From assembly GCA_963786955.1 (NCBI GenBank), contig CAWBAT010000005.1:864001-928000 (forward strand): DNA of 64,000 nucleotides, read 5' to 3'. The stretch's first letter is position 1, and each line of letters opens with the position of its first letter. The position numbers and the translations under genes were made by a program. This stretch comes from an uncultured Acidimicrobiia bacterium. GTDB taxonomy: Bacteria; Acidobacteriota; Terriglobia; Versatilivoradales; Versatilivoraceae. Shown piece after piece: positions 49,822 to 60,310 of this stretch. Below the pieces are notes generated by a model. That model worked only from the letters and a program-made list of their open reading frames with translations, searched no databases and had not been told where the DNA came from.

Positions 49822-51564
49822 ATGTCAAATATTGATGATAATGATGGATTGGAAAATTTGGACAGCCCTCTGAGTTTAACCCTTGACGACAAGTACGATG
49901 AAGTGAAGCAACTGATCGACATCGGCAAGGAAAAGGGATACCTGCTCTATGACGAGGTCAACGATTTGCTCCCCGGAGACGTGACTTCGGCGGATGACAT
50001 GGATGACATGTTCTCCATTTTTCGGCGGCAGGGCATTGATGTCCTCGAGGGTGAGCCCAAGGTTGCTGGACCCGAAAAAACTAATCTCGAAAAGGAAACT
50101 CCGGAAGACGTCGAACTCGATTTGACTCCCGGCGCGCTGGATAAAACCAATGACCCCGTACGCCTCTATCTCCGCGAAATGGGAACGGTTCCATTGTTGA
50201 CTCGTGAGGGGGAAGTTGAAATCGCGAAACGGATTGAACGGGGACAGTTAAATGTGCTTAAAGCAATGTCACGCTCTCCCATTGTGATTAAGGAGATTAT
50301 CAACCTGGGTGCGCAATTACAGCGAGGCGAGCGGTCCATCAACGATGTCATTGTCTTCAGTGAGGATCTGGTAGCCGAAGAAAAAGTGGAGGATCGTCTG
50401 AAGGAAACAGTGCAAACTATCGAAGAGATCCAGAAGATGTTCAAAAAGCACAGTCAGTTGCTGCACAAGTTTCTTGCCACTCCGAGAACCAAGCAACCTC
50501 GGATTCACCGCAAATTGAAATTCTCCGTGGCCAGACAACGAATCATGATCTCGCGTGCGATTCGGGCCATGGATTTTACCTATTCAGAGCGGAACAGGCT
50601 GATCGATCAAATCCGGCGTCAGTATGAGGCGTATCGTCCACTGGAGCGAGAGTGGAACCGTTTGGAGAAGAAGATTGAACACTCCAAAGGTAAGAATGTG
50701 AACTTGTTGAGACGCGACCTTCGCACAATTAGAGAAAAGATTACCACTATCGAGGGAGAATCCCAGACCAAAGGGATCGACTTGAAGAGAACACTTCAAA
50801 CGATAGACCGCGGAGATACTGAAGCCAAAGAGGCCAAGCGGGAGCTGGTGGAAGCCAATCTTCGATTAGTCGTCTCGATCGCCAAAAAGTACACGAACCG
50901 GGGGCTGCAATTTTTGGACTTGATTCAAGAGGGGAACATCGGATTAATGAAGGCGGTGGACAAATTCGAATATCGCCGGGGGTATAAATTTTCTACTTAC
51001 GCAACCTGGTGGATTCGTCAGGCCATCACACGAGCCATTGCTGATCAGGCGCGGACCATCCGAATCCCGGTTCATATGATTGAAACCATCAACAAGCTGA
51101 TTCGCACCTCCCGCAGCCTCGTTCAGGAATTGGGTCGCGAGCCCACTTCAGAGGAAATCGCGGTCCGAATGGATATTCCAGTTCAAAAGGTACGCAAAGT
51201 TTTCAAAATTGCTCAAGAACCCATCTCTCTGGAAACCCCCATCGGCGAAGAGGAAGATTCTCATCTCGGGGATTTCATCGAGGATCGCCAAGTGGTTTCA
51301 CCGGCCGAAGCAGTCATTAACATTAACCTCAAGGAGATGACGGAATCTGTTTTGAAAACCTTGACGCCGCGCGAAGAGAAGGTAATTAAGATGCGATTCG
51401 GTCTTGACAACGGCAGTGATCACACCTTGGAAGAAGTCGGGCAGAACTTCGCTGTAACCCGAGAGCGTATTCGCCAAATTGAAGCCAAAGCTTTGCGCAA
51501 GCTTCGTCATCCTTCCCGAAGCCGCAAGTTGCGGCCGTTTCTGGATGGCACGACACAAGACTGA
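49822..51564 (+). CDS. rpoD: Primary sigma factor sigma-70
   Basis: [43 protein letters not shown]. Confidence 0.97.
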   Translation: MSNIDDNDGLENLDSPLSLTLDDKYDEVKQLIDIGKEKGYLLYDEVNDLLPGDVTSADDMDDMFSIFRRQGIDVLEGEPKVAGPEKTNLEKETPEDVELDLTPGALDKTNDPVRLYLREMGTVPLLTREGEVEIAKRIERGQLNVLKAMSRSPIVIKEIINLGAQLQRGERSINDVIVFSEDLVAEEKVEDRLKETVQTIEEIQKMFKKHSQLLHKFLATPRTKQPRIHRKLKFSVARQRIMISRAIRAMDFTYSERNRLIDQIRRQYEAYRPLEREWNRLEKKIEHSKGKNVNLLRRDLRTIREKITTIEGESQTKGIDLKRTLQTIDRGDTEAKEAKRELVEANLRLVVSIAKKYTNRGLQFLDLIQEGNIGLMKAVDKFEYRRGYKFSTYATWWIRQAITRAIADQARTIRIPVHMIETINKLIRTSRSLVQELGREPTSEEIAVRMDIPVQKVRKVFKIAQEPISLETPIGEEEDSHLGDFIEDRQVVSPAEAVININLKEMTESVLKTLTPREEKVIKMRFGLDNGSDHTLEEVGQNFAVTRERIRQIEAKALRKLRHPSRSRKLRPFLDGTTQD

Positions 51565-51811
51565 AATAACAGTTTGGCGCTCTCACATGCGGACGATGGA
51601 GAATTCCCGGGGGTGAGGGCGCTGGGCTGCAGTGGAAGCCCTTTCCTCCATCCTCAATCTGTTCTCCCCGTTTGGTATCCTTTCGAAACAGCATCCCCCT
51701 TAGAAGAGACCTCTACCAGAGGAAGTCTTCAGGAGAACAACTTTTGACTGAACTGAAAAAGCAGGCGAGAGAGGGGCTGAAGTCGAATCGTCTAGGAAGA
51801 TCCAGGAAGAA

Positions 51812-53161
51812 ATGATTATGGCGTCCGCCCACAAATTACCGTCAGTTGCTATCATTGGTCGTCCCAACGTCGGGAAATCGACTTTGTTTAACCGGATCTG
51901 TGAAAAACACAAAGCTCTGGTGGGTAACGAAGCGGGTATGACCAGGGATCGAATTATGGAGGTGGCTAATTGGAAAGGCCGGCATTTCGAGATTATTGAT
52001 ACGGGGGGAATCATCCCTTCAGATGACGAACTGATCCCCCAAAACATATTGATCCAGGCGAAGAAAGCCATCGAGAAAGCATCCGTTATCTTGTTCGTTG
52101 TGGACTGCCAAACCGGGATCGTGCCTGCAGACCAGGAACTGGCGAAATTCTTGATGCAGTCTTCAAAACCTGTTTTTTTGACCGTCAACAAGCTTGACAG
52201 CCCTAAGTCCTGGAATGACGCCCAGCAATTCTACGAATTAGGATTCGGCGAGATATTCCTTGTTTCCGCGGAGCACGGTTTGAACATTGGAGACCTGTTG
52301 GATGGAGTGGTCGATGTTCTGCCACTGGAGGGGCCTTCTCCAGAGCCGGGTGAGCCGGAAATACGAGTGGCCATTGTGGGAAAACCCAATGTCGGGAAGT
52401 CCACGTTGCTGAATCGGATTCTTGGTGAGGAACGTTCCATTGTTTCTTCCATTCCTGGAACGACTCGCGATGCGGTTGACTCCCTCGCCATTCGAAATGG
52501 CCGCTTATACCGATTCATTGATACGGCAGGCATCCGAAAAAAAACCCAAACGGAACGCATGGCTGAAAAATTGAGCGTCATCATGGCCCGCAAGAACCTG
52601 GAACGTTGCGATGTAGCTTTGGTGGTAGTGGATGCCTGTGAAGGGATCTCTTCTCTGGACGCGACCATTGCTGGCTATGCCAAGGAGGCCGGTAGTTCAG
52701 TCATCCTTGTGATCAATAAGTGGGATAAGATTCCCAAAGATACTTTTACGATGCACACGTTTGAAGAAGGGATCCGTGCTAAGATAAAATATTTAGATTA
52801 TGCGCCAATCATTTTCATTTCTGCCCAGAGCGGGCAGAGGGTAATCAAGTTATTTACTCTCATTGACCAGGTTTTTGAAGCTCGCCGGTTCCGAGTGACA
52901 ACGGGAGAATTAAATTCTTTTCTGCAAAACGTGGCGCTCTCCAAGGCTCCTGTTCCTTTTACGGATCAGGTGAAGGTACACTATATGACCCAGGTGGGTG
53001 TGGCCCCACCGATTTTTGCGCTTTTTACAAACCGGCGCAGCAAGATCCATTTTTCGTTGGAGCGCTATCTCGTGAACCAGATCCGAGCACGTTTCGGATT
53101 CCTCGGGACACCGATCCAGGTCAAGCAGAAGCTGGAGACTAGACGGCGCCAGAGGGCTTGA
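51812..53161 (+). CDS. der: Ribosome biogenesis GTPase Der/EngA
   Basis: Two G domains (GRPNVGKS, GKPNVGKS; DTGG/DTAG; NKxD). Confidence 0.96.
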   Translation: MIMASAHKLPSVAIIGRPNVGKSTLFNRICEKHKALVGNEAGMTRDRIMEVANWKGRHFEIIDTGGIIPSDDELIPQNILIQAKKAIEKASVILFVVDCQTGIVPADQELAKFLMQSSKPVFLTVNKLDSPKSWNDAQQFYELGFGEIFLVSAEHGLNIGDLLDGVVDVLPLEGPSPEPGEPEIRVAIVGKPNVGKSTLLNRILGEERSIVSSIPGTTRDAVDSLAIRNGRLYRFIDTAGIRKKTQTERMAEKLSVIMARKNLERCDVALVVVDACEGISSLDATIAGYAKEAGSSVILVINKWDKIPKDTFTMHTFEEGIRAKIKYLDYAPIIFISAQSGQRVIKLFTLIDQVFEARRFRVTTGELNSFLQNVALSKAPVPFTDQVKVHYMTQVGVAPPIFALFTNRRSKIHFSLERYLVNQIRARFGFLGTPIQVKQKLETRRRQRA

Positions 53162-53195
53162 ATGACTCCTCTGCAGTCAAATTAGGAGGGGAACA

Positions 53196-53654
53196 ATGGG
53201 TCAAAAGGATCCGGCACAACGATCGGTTCGGAAAAGAGAATCCGGCAAAATGATTGAGATTCCCAACAAGCTTTTTTTCCGCATCGGTGAAGTCTGCAAA
53301 TTGATACAACTGGAACCCTATGTGTTGCGCTTTTGGGAAACCGAATTCCCGACGCTCTCTCCAGCCAAAGGGGCAAACGGGAGACGCATGTACCGGAAGA
53401 AGGACGTCGAGCTGCTCTTCCAAATCAAAGACTTGCTTTATAAACAGGGTTTTACGATCGCTGGTGCTAAAAAAGTATTGGGAGAGTTACGCAGAGGCGA
53501 TGCAAATCCGCACGCTTCTCATCCTGTTCAGGAAGTTCTGGGAACCGGCGATTCGAGTCGTGAAACTGCCCGATCAAAAATTCCTTCCGAAACGCTCCAT
53601 CAGCTGAAATCCCAGCTGCGCGATATCTTGACAATATTAAATCGAAGGTGTTAG
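53196..53654 (+). CDS. MerR-family HTH regulator
   Basis: [33 protein letters not shown]; start may be 53250. Confidence 0.9.
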   Translation: MGQKDPAQRSVRKRESGKMIEIPNKLFFRIGEVCKLIQLEPYVLRFWETEFPTLSPAKGANGRRMYRKKDVELLFQIKDLLYKQGFTIAGAKKVLGELRRGDANPHASHPVQEVLGTGDSSRETARSKIPSETLHQLKSQLRDILTILNRRC

Positions 53655-53657
53655 AGT
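53628..53657 (+). promoter_or_regulatory. Sigma70 promoter for tRNA-Pro, inside the 3' end of the merR gene
   Basis: TTGACA-18 bp-TAGAGT with a TG extended -10, 11 nt before the tRNA. Confidence 0.6.
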
Positions 53658-53668
53658 CCGTCTGGTTC

Positions 53669-53745
53669 CGGGACGTAGCGCAGCCTGGTAGCGCACACGC
53701 TTGGGGTGCGTGGGGTCGGAGGTTCAAATCCTCTCGTCCCGACCA
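53669..53745 (+). tRNA. tRNA-Pro (GGG)
   Basis: CGGGACG/CGTCCCG acceptor stem, anticodon arm CACGC-TTGGGGT-GCGTG, GGTTCAAATCC, CCA end. Confidence 0.97.
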
Positions 53746-53767
53746 TTCTTCTTTAGAGACCTCACAA

Positions 53768-54541
53768 TTGGCAAGAGTACTTCTCACGAATGATGATGGG
53801 ATTCACTCTCCAGGCATTATTGCCCTGGAAAACGCCTTCTCACAACTGGCAGAGGTCACCGTAGTGGCACCCAACCGGGAAATGAGTGCCACCAGTCATT
53901 CATTGACGATTCACCGGCCCGTCCGTTACGAGGAAGTGGGCTCCCATAAGTTCGCCGTTGATGGAACTCCGGCCGACTGCGTTCTTCTAGCGTTGAACTA
54001 TCTTCTGCCTGCGAAACCGGATCTCGTTGTATCCGGGATCAACAAAGGTCCTAACTTAGGACGTGATATCGGCTATTCCGGCACTGTCGCCGCAGCAATT
54101 GAGGCCGCCTATCACGATATTCCTGCTTTTGCCATTTCGCTTGCGACACGCACGGAATTGCGATTTGAGGAAGCCGCTCAATTTGCGGTGTCGTTGGCAT
54201 CGAAGATGCAAAATGAGCCCCTGGCTGCGGGAATATTGTTGAATGTCAATGTCCCCCCGGGAGAAATCCGAGGAATGCGGATCACGCATCAGGGTAGGCG
54301 GAATATTCAAAATTTGGTCATCGAAGAACGGGATCCGCGAGGTCGCAAATATTTCTGGTTTGATCAGAGGTTTGATTCTTCCCAAACAGACGATGATCCG
54401 GCGTCTGACTATGCGGCGATTGCGGCCCATTATGTTTCCATAACACCGATCGAAGTAGACCGCACAGGCTACGGCTTGGCTGAAAACATCGCGCATTGGC
54501 CGGATAGCCTATCGAAAGAAAAAGTCGAACAAGTATCATAA
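53768..54541 (+). CDS. surE: 5'/3'-nucleotidase SurE
   Basis: [33 protein letters not shown]; TTG start after the tRNA. Confidence 0.95.
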   Translation: MARVLLTNDDGIHSPGIIALENAFSQLAEVTVVAPNREMSATSHSLTIHRPVRYEEVGSHKFAVDGTPADCVLLALNYLLPAKPDLVVSGINKGPNLGRDIGYSGTVAAAIEAAYHDIPAFAISLATRTELRFEEAAQFAVSLASKMQNEPLAAGILLNVNVPPGEIRGMRITHQGRRNIQNLVIEERDPRGRKYFWFDQRFDSSQTDDDPASDYAAIAAHYVSITPIEVDRTGYGLAENIAHWPDSLSKEKVEQVS

Positions 54542-54618
<77 letters not shown>

Positions 54619-54640
54619 ATCTTTTTAAAGGACCTTGCAA

Positions 54641-55162
54641 ATGGAGCAATTTAAGAAGCTAATCCGAAATGTGCCGGATTTTCCAAAGAAAGGCATTCTT
54701 TTTTACGACATCACCACTTTACTGAAGAATGCAAAGGCCTTCCGGGAGGTCATGGACTTGCTCACAGAGCGGTACAAAAATCAGAAGATAGATCTCGTGC
54801 TCGGCGTGGAATCACGCGGTTTTATCTTTGCACCCATCCTGGCTTACCAGTTGGGCGCAGGCTTCGTACCGGTTCGTAAGCCGGGCAAGCTCCCCGCAGA
54901 AAGTGTCAAAGTCTCTTATGACTTGGAGTACGGTAAAGATTCTTTGGAGATCCATAAAGACGCGATTCAGCCGCAACAACGAGTACTCATTGTCGACGAT
55001 TTACTAGCCACGGGTGGAACAGCGGCGGCGGTCACTCAAATGGTTGGGCAGATGGGAGGGCAGGTTGTCGCACTAGCGTTTCTTGTGGAACTCGCGTTCT
55101 TGGATGGGCGGAAAAAGCTCAGCGGATTTGAGGTCTTTTCTCTACTGCAGTATCAGAACTAA
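54641..55162 (+). CDS. apt: Adenine phosphoribosyltransferase
   Basis: [43 protein letters not shown]. Confidence 0.96.
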   Translation: MEQFKKLIRNVPDFPKKGILFYDITTLLKNAKAFREVMDLLTERYKNQKIDLVLGVESRGFIFAPILAYQLGAGFVPVRKPGKLPAESVKVSYDLEYGKDSLEIHKDAIQPQQRVLIVDDLLATGGTAAAVTQMVGQMGGQVVALAFLVELAFLDGRKKLSGFEVFSLLQYQN

Positions 55163-56695
55163 CTAGTTTTCATGACCGAACTGCTTCAAAATTCGTAAGA
55201 AGTCTCCTTCCCGCGATAGAAAAGCATCAACCACATTAGGATCAAAGTGTTTTCCTCGGTCCAGTAAGAGACGGCGCTTGGATTCCCCCGGTTCCACGAT
55301 GTCTTTGTAAACTCGTTTCGAGGTAAGCGCATCATAAGCATCCGCAAAAGCTACGATGCGGGCGGAGAGAGGGATGGAGTAGCCTGAGAATTTGAACGGA
55401 TATCCAGTTCCGTCAAATTTCTCGTGATGGTGATAGGCGATTTCTTTACCCAATGTCAGAAAGGACTTCGCCGGGAGTCGCTTTTCCGCAGCCCGCAAGG
55501 CATCGCCCCCGATGACGGTATGAGTCTTCATGATTTCGTACTCTTCGACAGTCAATTTACCGGGTTTGAGCAAGATGCTGTCGGGAATTCCGACTTTGCC
55601 GACGTCGTGCAGCGGACTTGATTTATACAACGAATCAATGAAGGCGTCGTTCACTTCGTTTTTGTATTTGGGCAAGGAGCCTAATTGGTCAGCAAGGATG
55701 CGGCAGTACTCACGCATTCTTTCCAAGTGGACCCCGGTCTCGGGATCACGACATTCGGCCAACTTCGCAAATCCGATAATGGCAGCATCCTGAGCCGATT
55801 GAACCTCACTCAGACGCTCGATCAGCTGTTGCTCCATAAGCTTCTTATCGGTAATGTCCCGCACGATAAAAACATCCGCAAAGGCTTTCCCGCGCGAGTC
55901 TTTGACGCGGGAAATGGTCAAATTCGCAAACCATTCAAGGCCGCCCTTCCGTTGATCTACGACCTCGCCCGACCAGCTTCCAGTGGTAAGAAGAGAATGG
56001 GCTACCTCTCGACCGAAATCCTTGACCCCGCTTCCACCCGTCAAAATGCTTGGAATGGTGCCGAGTAATTCATGGCGGCTGAAACCCGTTATCTTCTCGT
56101 AGGCTGGGTTAATCATAATGACCCGGTTTTCCAAGTCTGTGATCATGACTCCATCGATGGTACTTCGGACAATATCCTCAAAGAGAATCGATTCGACCAT
56201 TCCGAGTTCGGCTCTTTCCCGTAAACTTTGTTTGTCGCTCTGTTCTTTGAGAATTGTCTCGCGCCTTTTTAAGGCACCATGAACCGTTGTCAGGATTTCA
56301 GTTGCGGTTAAAGGCTTGACAATGTAGTCGAAGGCACCGTTCTTGAGTGCCTTTCGGACCATGCCGGAATCATTTTGTCCGCTGACGAGAATGACAGCGA
56401 TCTCAGGGTATCGAGTTATGATTTCTCGAAGGAGGTCCATGCCGGACTTTTCAGGCATGATCAGGTCTGTTAAGACACAGGCGTAGGCTTGTTTTTCAAG
56501 GTAGAGAAGCGCCTCAGCAGCACAACTGGCTTGGTCACATTCATATCCGCCGTGGGCCAGGATATCCGCAATGGCCTTTCTTACGGCATGATCATCATCA
56601 ACGACGAGTAAGCGATGAGCGTGGCAAGAGGTCTCCTCGACTTTATGAATCGACGGGGAAGAGGCGGCCTGATCATTGGGGGAGACTGATGGCAT
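55163..56695 (-). CDS. REC-PAS-HD-GYP response regulator (c-di-GMP phosphodiesterase)
   Basis: LLVVDD..TDLIMP..KP receiver; PAS; LHDVGKVGIPD..HHEKFDGTGYP. Confidence 0.92.
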   Translation of the reverse strand: MPSVSPNDQAASSPSIHKVEETSCHAHRLLVVDDDHAVRKAIADILAHGGYECDQASCAAEALLYLEKQAYACVLTDLIMPEKSGMDLLREIITRYPEIAVILVSGQNDSGMVRKALKNGAFDYIVKPLTATEILTTVHGALKRRETILKEQSDKQSLRERAELGMVESILFEDIVRSTIDGVMITDLENRVIMINPAYEKITGFSRHELLGTIPSILTGGSGVKDFGREVAHSLLTTGSWSGEVVDQRKGGLEWFANLTISRVKDSRGKAFADVFIVRDITDKKLMEQQLIERLSEVQSAQDAAIIGFAKLAECRDPETGVHLERMREYCRILADQLGSLPKYKNEVNDAFIDSLYKSSPLHDVGKVGIPDSILLKPGKLTVEEYEIMKTHTVIGGDALRAAEKRLPAKSFLTLGKEIAYHHHEKFDGTGYPFKFSGYSIPLSARIVAFADAYDALTSKRVYKDIVEPGESKRRLLLDRGKHFDPNVVDAFLSREGDFLRILKQFGHEN

Positions 56696-56978
56696 AACGC
56701 CTACGTGAGCCTCAGCTCATTTGATTCTCGACGACCTAAAATTCCTTTTTGCATCATGAGAGGATCCAATATTTCTCTGCAAATGCCTAATCAGCTAAAG
56801 ATCTCTCGGTAAGTCTCATTAACAAACTTCCTATCGGGCTGAATTCACCATGACTTTAGGCACTTTTTGGCACTACGAGCCGCGATTCCAGGGAACTTTA
56901 GGCGGATAGACCCGAAATCAAACCAGAAAATGGCCTGGTTCCTAGGTCGATTGAATGCTGGAGGTCGAGAAGAAACAA

Positions 56979-57812
56979 TTAATGGGAGGCTGACTTCTCA
57001 ATAGCTTGCTTGAGTTTTTCTGCCTCGGGGTCAGATGGGAAGTACACTTGAAAGTTATTCAGGAAGTACTTAGCCCGGTCGTATCGCTGCAACATGATCT
57101 CGATTTGGATGAGAGCAACAAAAGTTTGCCGATTCTGTGCTGGATCCAGCCGGGTAACAGCTTCCAATTGAATTTCTGCCCTCCCATAGTCACGTTTCGC
57201 CAGATAGATCTTGCCCAGAGCAAGGTGGGCCCTTAAGTTTCCGTCTTCGAGTTCCAGCACGGACTGGAAGGCTTTCAACGCTGAATCCAGCTCCCCTCTC
57301 TCCAGGTAGATATTTCCAAGATTCAGATAAGGCATGGGAGAGTTGCTATTGATCTCAATAGCCTGTTTGTAGGCCTCAATGGCCTGATTCCATTCTTTCT
57401 GTTTCTGATATTGCGCTCCGAGGTTGTTGTAGGCCTCGAGGAAATTTGGGTCTTCTTTAATGGCTTTTTGAAGGTGCTCGATGGCCTTGAGATAATTCCC
57501 GCGGGCCGTTTCCTCAGAAGCTTGTCGAAAGGCTTTCAATGCCTTTTTTGACACAGAGCTGGAAAGCTCACCGCCAGTACTGGAGCCCTTATGAAAGCTT
57601 TCTTTGGTGCTTTCACGGACCGTCGTCGAATCGCCCGAGATTCTGACCTCCCAAGTAAAGGTTTTCACAGAAGTGTTTTTAATCTCTAGAGGACGAGCAA
57701 TGGTCGCTTGGTATTCACGCTCAATCGTTACCAGGTATTGACCGGGGGCCAGTTGGTCGAAAATAGCCGTCCCTTCATACCCCAGTTCCCTTTCCCCCAT
57801 GATAGCTCCCAT
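56979..57812 (-). CDS. TPR repeat protein
   Basis: EAYNNLG, PYLNLG TPR repeats; N-terminus uncertain. Confidence 0.75.
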   Translation of the reverse strand: MGAIMGERELGYEGTAIFDQLAPGQYLVTIEREYQATIARPLEIKNTSVKTFTWEVRISGDSTTVRESTKESFHKGSSTGGELSSSVSKKALKAFRQASEETARGNYLKAIEHLQKAIKEDPNFLEAYNNLGAQYQKQKEWNQAIEAYKQAIEINSNSPMPYLNLGNIYLERGELDSALKAFQSVLELEDGNLRAHLALGKIYLAKRDYGRAEIQLEAVTRLDPAQNRQTFVALIQIEIMLQRYDRAKYFLNNFQVYFPSDPEAEKLKQAIEKSASH

Positions 57813-57968
57813 CGTTGCGGGATCAACTTCACTTTAATGGCTAATTCTGTAGCTCTTTTCGGCAACGAGTACCCTTACTCTAAAGGTGTAGTGAGCTAGG
57901 TCTGAAGTTCCTTGCCCTCGCAGATCCGAGAAATAATGAATGAAAATACAGCACAATGCCGATAAGAA

Positions 57969-58475
57969 GTGAAGCCAGAGATAATTTTGGTAAACCGGAA
58001 TGATGGTTTGGCTTTTTTCGATGAAACTTTATTATTGATCATTCTTAGCTGGAAGCCTTTTTGCACACTAGGTAACCTTATGGAGCATCCAATGGTATCC
58101 CTTCAATCCTATTCCGAATCCAGCAGGTGTTTATGGCAGATAAACGAAATATCAACGAATCTGAAAGATACCGGGGCCGAAAGAAGAAACTTCGCGCGTG
58201 AGCGCATCCACATTGAAGTAGAGATTTGGAAGGACTTCAAGCGGGCCAAAGGGGTGATGGAATACCTCAGCTTTGGCGGGGCATTAGTGAGTCTTCATAG
58301 TCCATTCCTAACCGATAGTTTAGTAAACATCCGCTTTGATTTACCCGGGCAATACCTAGCTTTCGAGGGTCAGGCAAAGGTGGTCTGGGTTCAGAAAGAC
58401 AAGGCCATGGGAATTCAGTTTGTGGACCTTGCCAACACCGAACGAACTAAGTTGGAACAACTTCTTGTCCGCTGA
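57969..58475 (+). CDS. PilZ domain protein
   Basis: ERRNFAR..LSFGGA..AKVVW..MGIQF; start probably later (58080). Confidence 0.8.
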   Translation: MKPEIILVNRNDGLAFFDETLLLIILSWKPFCTLGNLMEHPMVSLQSYSESSRCLWQINEISTNLKDTGAERRNFARERIHIEVEIWKDFKRAKGVMEYLSFGGALVSLHSPFLTDSLVNIRFDLPGQYLAFEGQAKVVWVQKDKAMGIQFVDLANTERTKLEQLLVR

Positions 58476-58545
58476 GAAGCGATTTCTACCGCAAAGATAC
58501 TTTCCGATTTCTTCGTCGGCTGCCCGAAGTTCACGCCAGCTCTGG

Positions 58546-59878
58546 CTAAGGGTGGATCCAGGGCTGGCGGTAGGGTCGACGTAGCAGCTGATTCGCTTCC
58601 GCATCCCCCAAAACTATTTGCTTCTCCGCATCCCAGGTCAGACTCCGACCCAACTGGAGCGATACATTAGCCAAGATACAGCTTGCCGTTGAGATATGAC
58701 CTTCTTCGATATCGGCGACGGGTCGACCTCGCGTGGCACTAGCCCGCAAGAAATCCTGCATGTGATATCGAATAGCCGGGGCCACATGGAGTTCTATTCG
58801 CTTCTCGGCCTTGATCTTCGGGATACTGCTCCAACTCAAAAGCCACGTCACGATGCACCGGCTGGCCCTCCCCTAACGGAGTATAGTCAAAGCTGTACAC
58901 ACTCACCTTGAGTGTGCCTTTATCCCCATAAATTGTAGCGCTCCAGGGGTATTTCGGATCCACGGGAGGCCCCCAGTTTCGGAATTGCCAAACAACGGAG
59001 AAATTGCCGAAGTCAAAGGTGGCCGTTTGTGTGTCTGGGATATTCGATTTACTGCCTTTATCGATGAGAATCCCTCCGCTCGAGTCAATTCGTTTTGGCC
59101 AGCCCAGATCGAGCAGCCAGCGAACCATGTCGAGCATATGGATGCCCATATCGCCCATCACTCCATTCCCGTATTCCTTGAAAGCGCGCCATCCGCCCGG
59201 ATGGACGAGTTTGTTGTAGGGTCGCATCGGGGCAGGCCCGGTCCACATTTCATAGTCCAAGTAGGCCGGAGGCGCTGTGTCGGGGGGATTTTCGCTGGTT
59301 CGCATGTGATGGTAACAACAAATCTCAACCAGTCCGACGGTACCGAGCTTGCCTTCTCGGACAATGGTATTGCGCGCTTCGACAATGTGCGGCGTACTGC
59401 GCCGTTGAGTACCCACCTGGACAACCCGTTTGTGCTTTCGGGCGGCGGCAACCATCGCCTCTCCCTCCACTACATCGACGCTGATCGGTTTCTGGACATA
59501 GACGTCAGCTCCAGCCTCAACAGCGGCTATCATGGGCAAGGCATGCCAATGGTCTGGGGTATCGATAAGGACGACGTCGAGGTCCTTTTCTTTAAGCATT
59601 GCGCGATAGTCCCCGTAAGTCCGTGGCTTCTTCTTTGAGGCTTGGCGCACGGCAACCAATTCGGCTGCTTCAGCCAGCATATCCCTGTCCACGTCGCAGA
59701 GCGAGACGACTTCTACGGGCGCCACCTGGATCAATCGATATAAGTCCAGTTTGCCATACCAGCCACTGCCAATCAGGCCGACCCGCAGCTTGCGATCTGC
59801 AGCAAACTCCGCACCGTACCCTGCCCTCGCAGACAAAACCAAACCCGCACTGGCCTGTAAGAATTTTCGACGATTCAT
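58546..59878 (-). CDS. Tat-exported Gfo/Idh/MocA oxidoreductase; +1 frameshift near 58813
   Basis: MNRRKFL Tat motif, GLIGSGWYG, TPDHWH, YVQKP, QVGTQRRS then ADIEEGH..RRPYRQPW. Confidence 0.88.
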
Positions 59879-60228
59879 AACTTAAGTCCCCCGATGAAAG
59901 AGAATTGCAAGCGTGAAAGAAAACAAACCATAAGGAACGAAGTCTCGGTCATTAATTTGCGCCCGATTCATCTTAAGAATACCCTTCTTATATGAAATGC
60001 GCAGCATGTCCGGAAGATGAATTTCTCGCTGCCTCCATCCTCCAATCGTTAATGGTACCTAAAAAATTCTGTTCCCTGGACTGAATTCTTGTCAGCGAGC
60101 GAATGGCGTCACAGTTTCTTAGACCCTATTTCAGCTGGGTTGATTTGTATCCATTTGAGGCCAATCCTCTCAAACTTGCCGCTGCCTCAAATCACTCACT
60201 CCACTCCCCGGCCGAACTACCAATCCCC

Positions 60229-60258
60229 TTGACGCTTTTTCGACCCTAAGTCTAATAT
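60229..60258 (+). promoter_or_regulatory. Sigma70-like promoter for uvrA
   Basis: TTGACG-18 bp-TAATAT; GGAG upstream of the ATG. Confidence 0.45.
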
Positions 60259-60310
60259 ATAAGGTTTGGTCTAAGGCCTGGATAGTTCAAGGAGTGGGTA
60301 GGACAGAGAA

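Noticed and set aside
51576-51621. Hairpin GCGCTCTCAC...GTGAGGGCGC after rpoD as an ncRNA or tRNA
   Set aside because: No cloverleaf or known motif and no U-tract; at most a stabilising stem
53648-53767. surE N-terminal extension in the ORF track
   Set aside because: It reads through tRNA-Pro; the true start is TTG 53768
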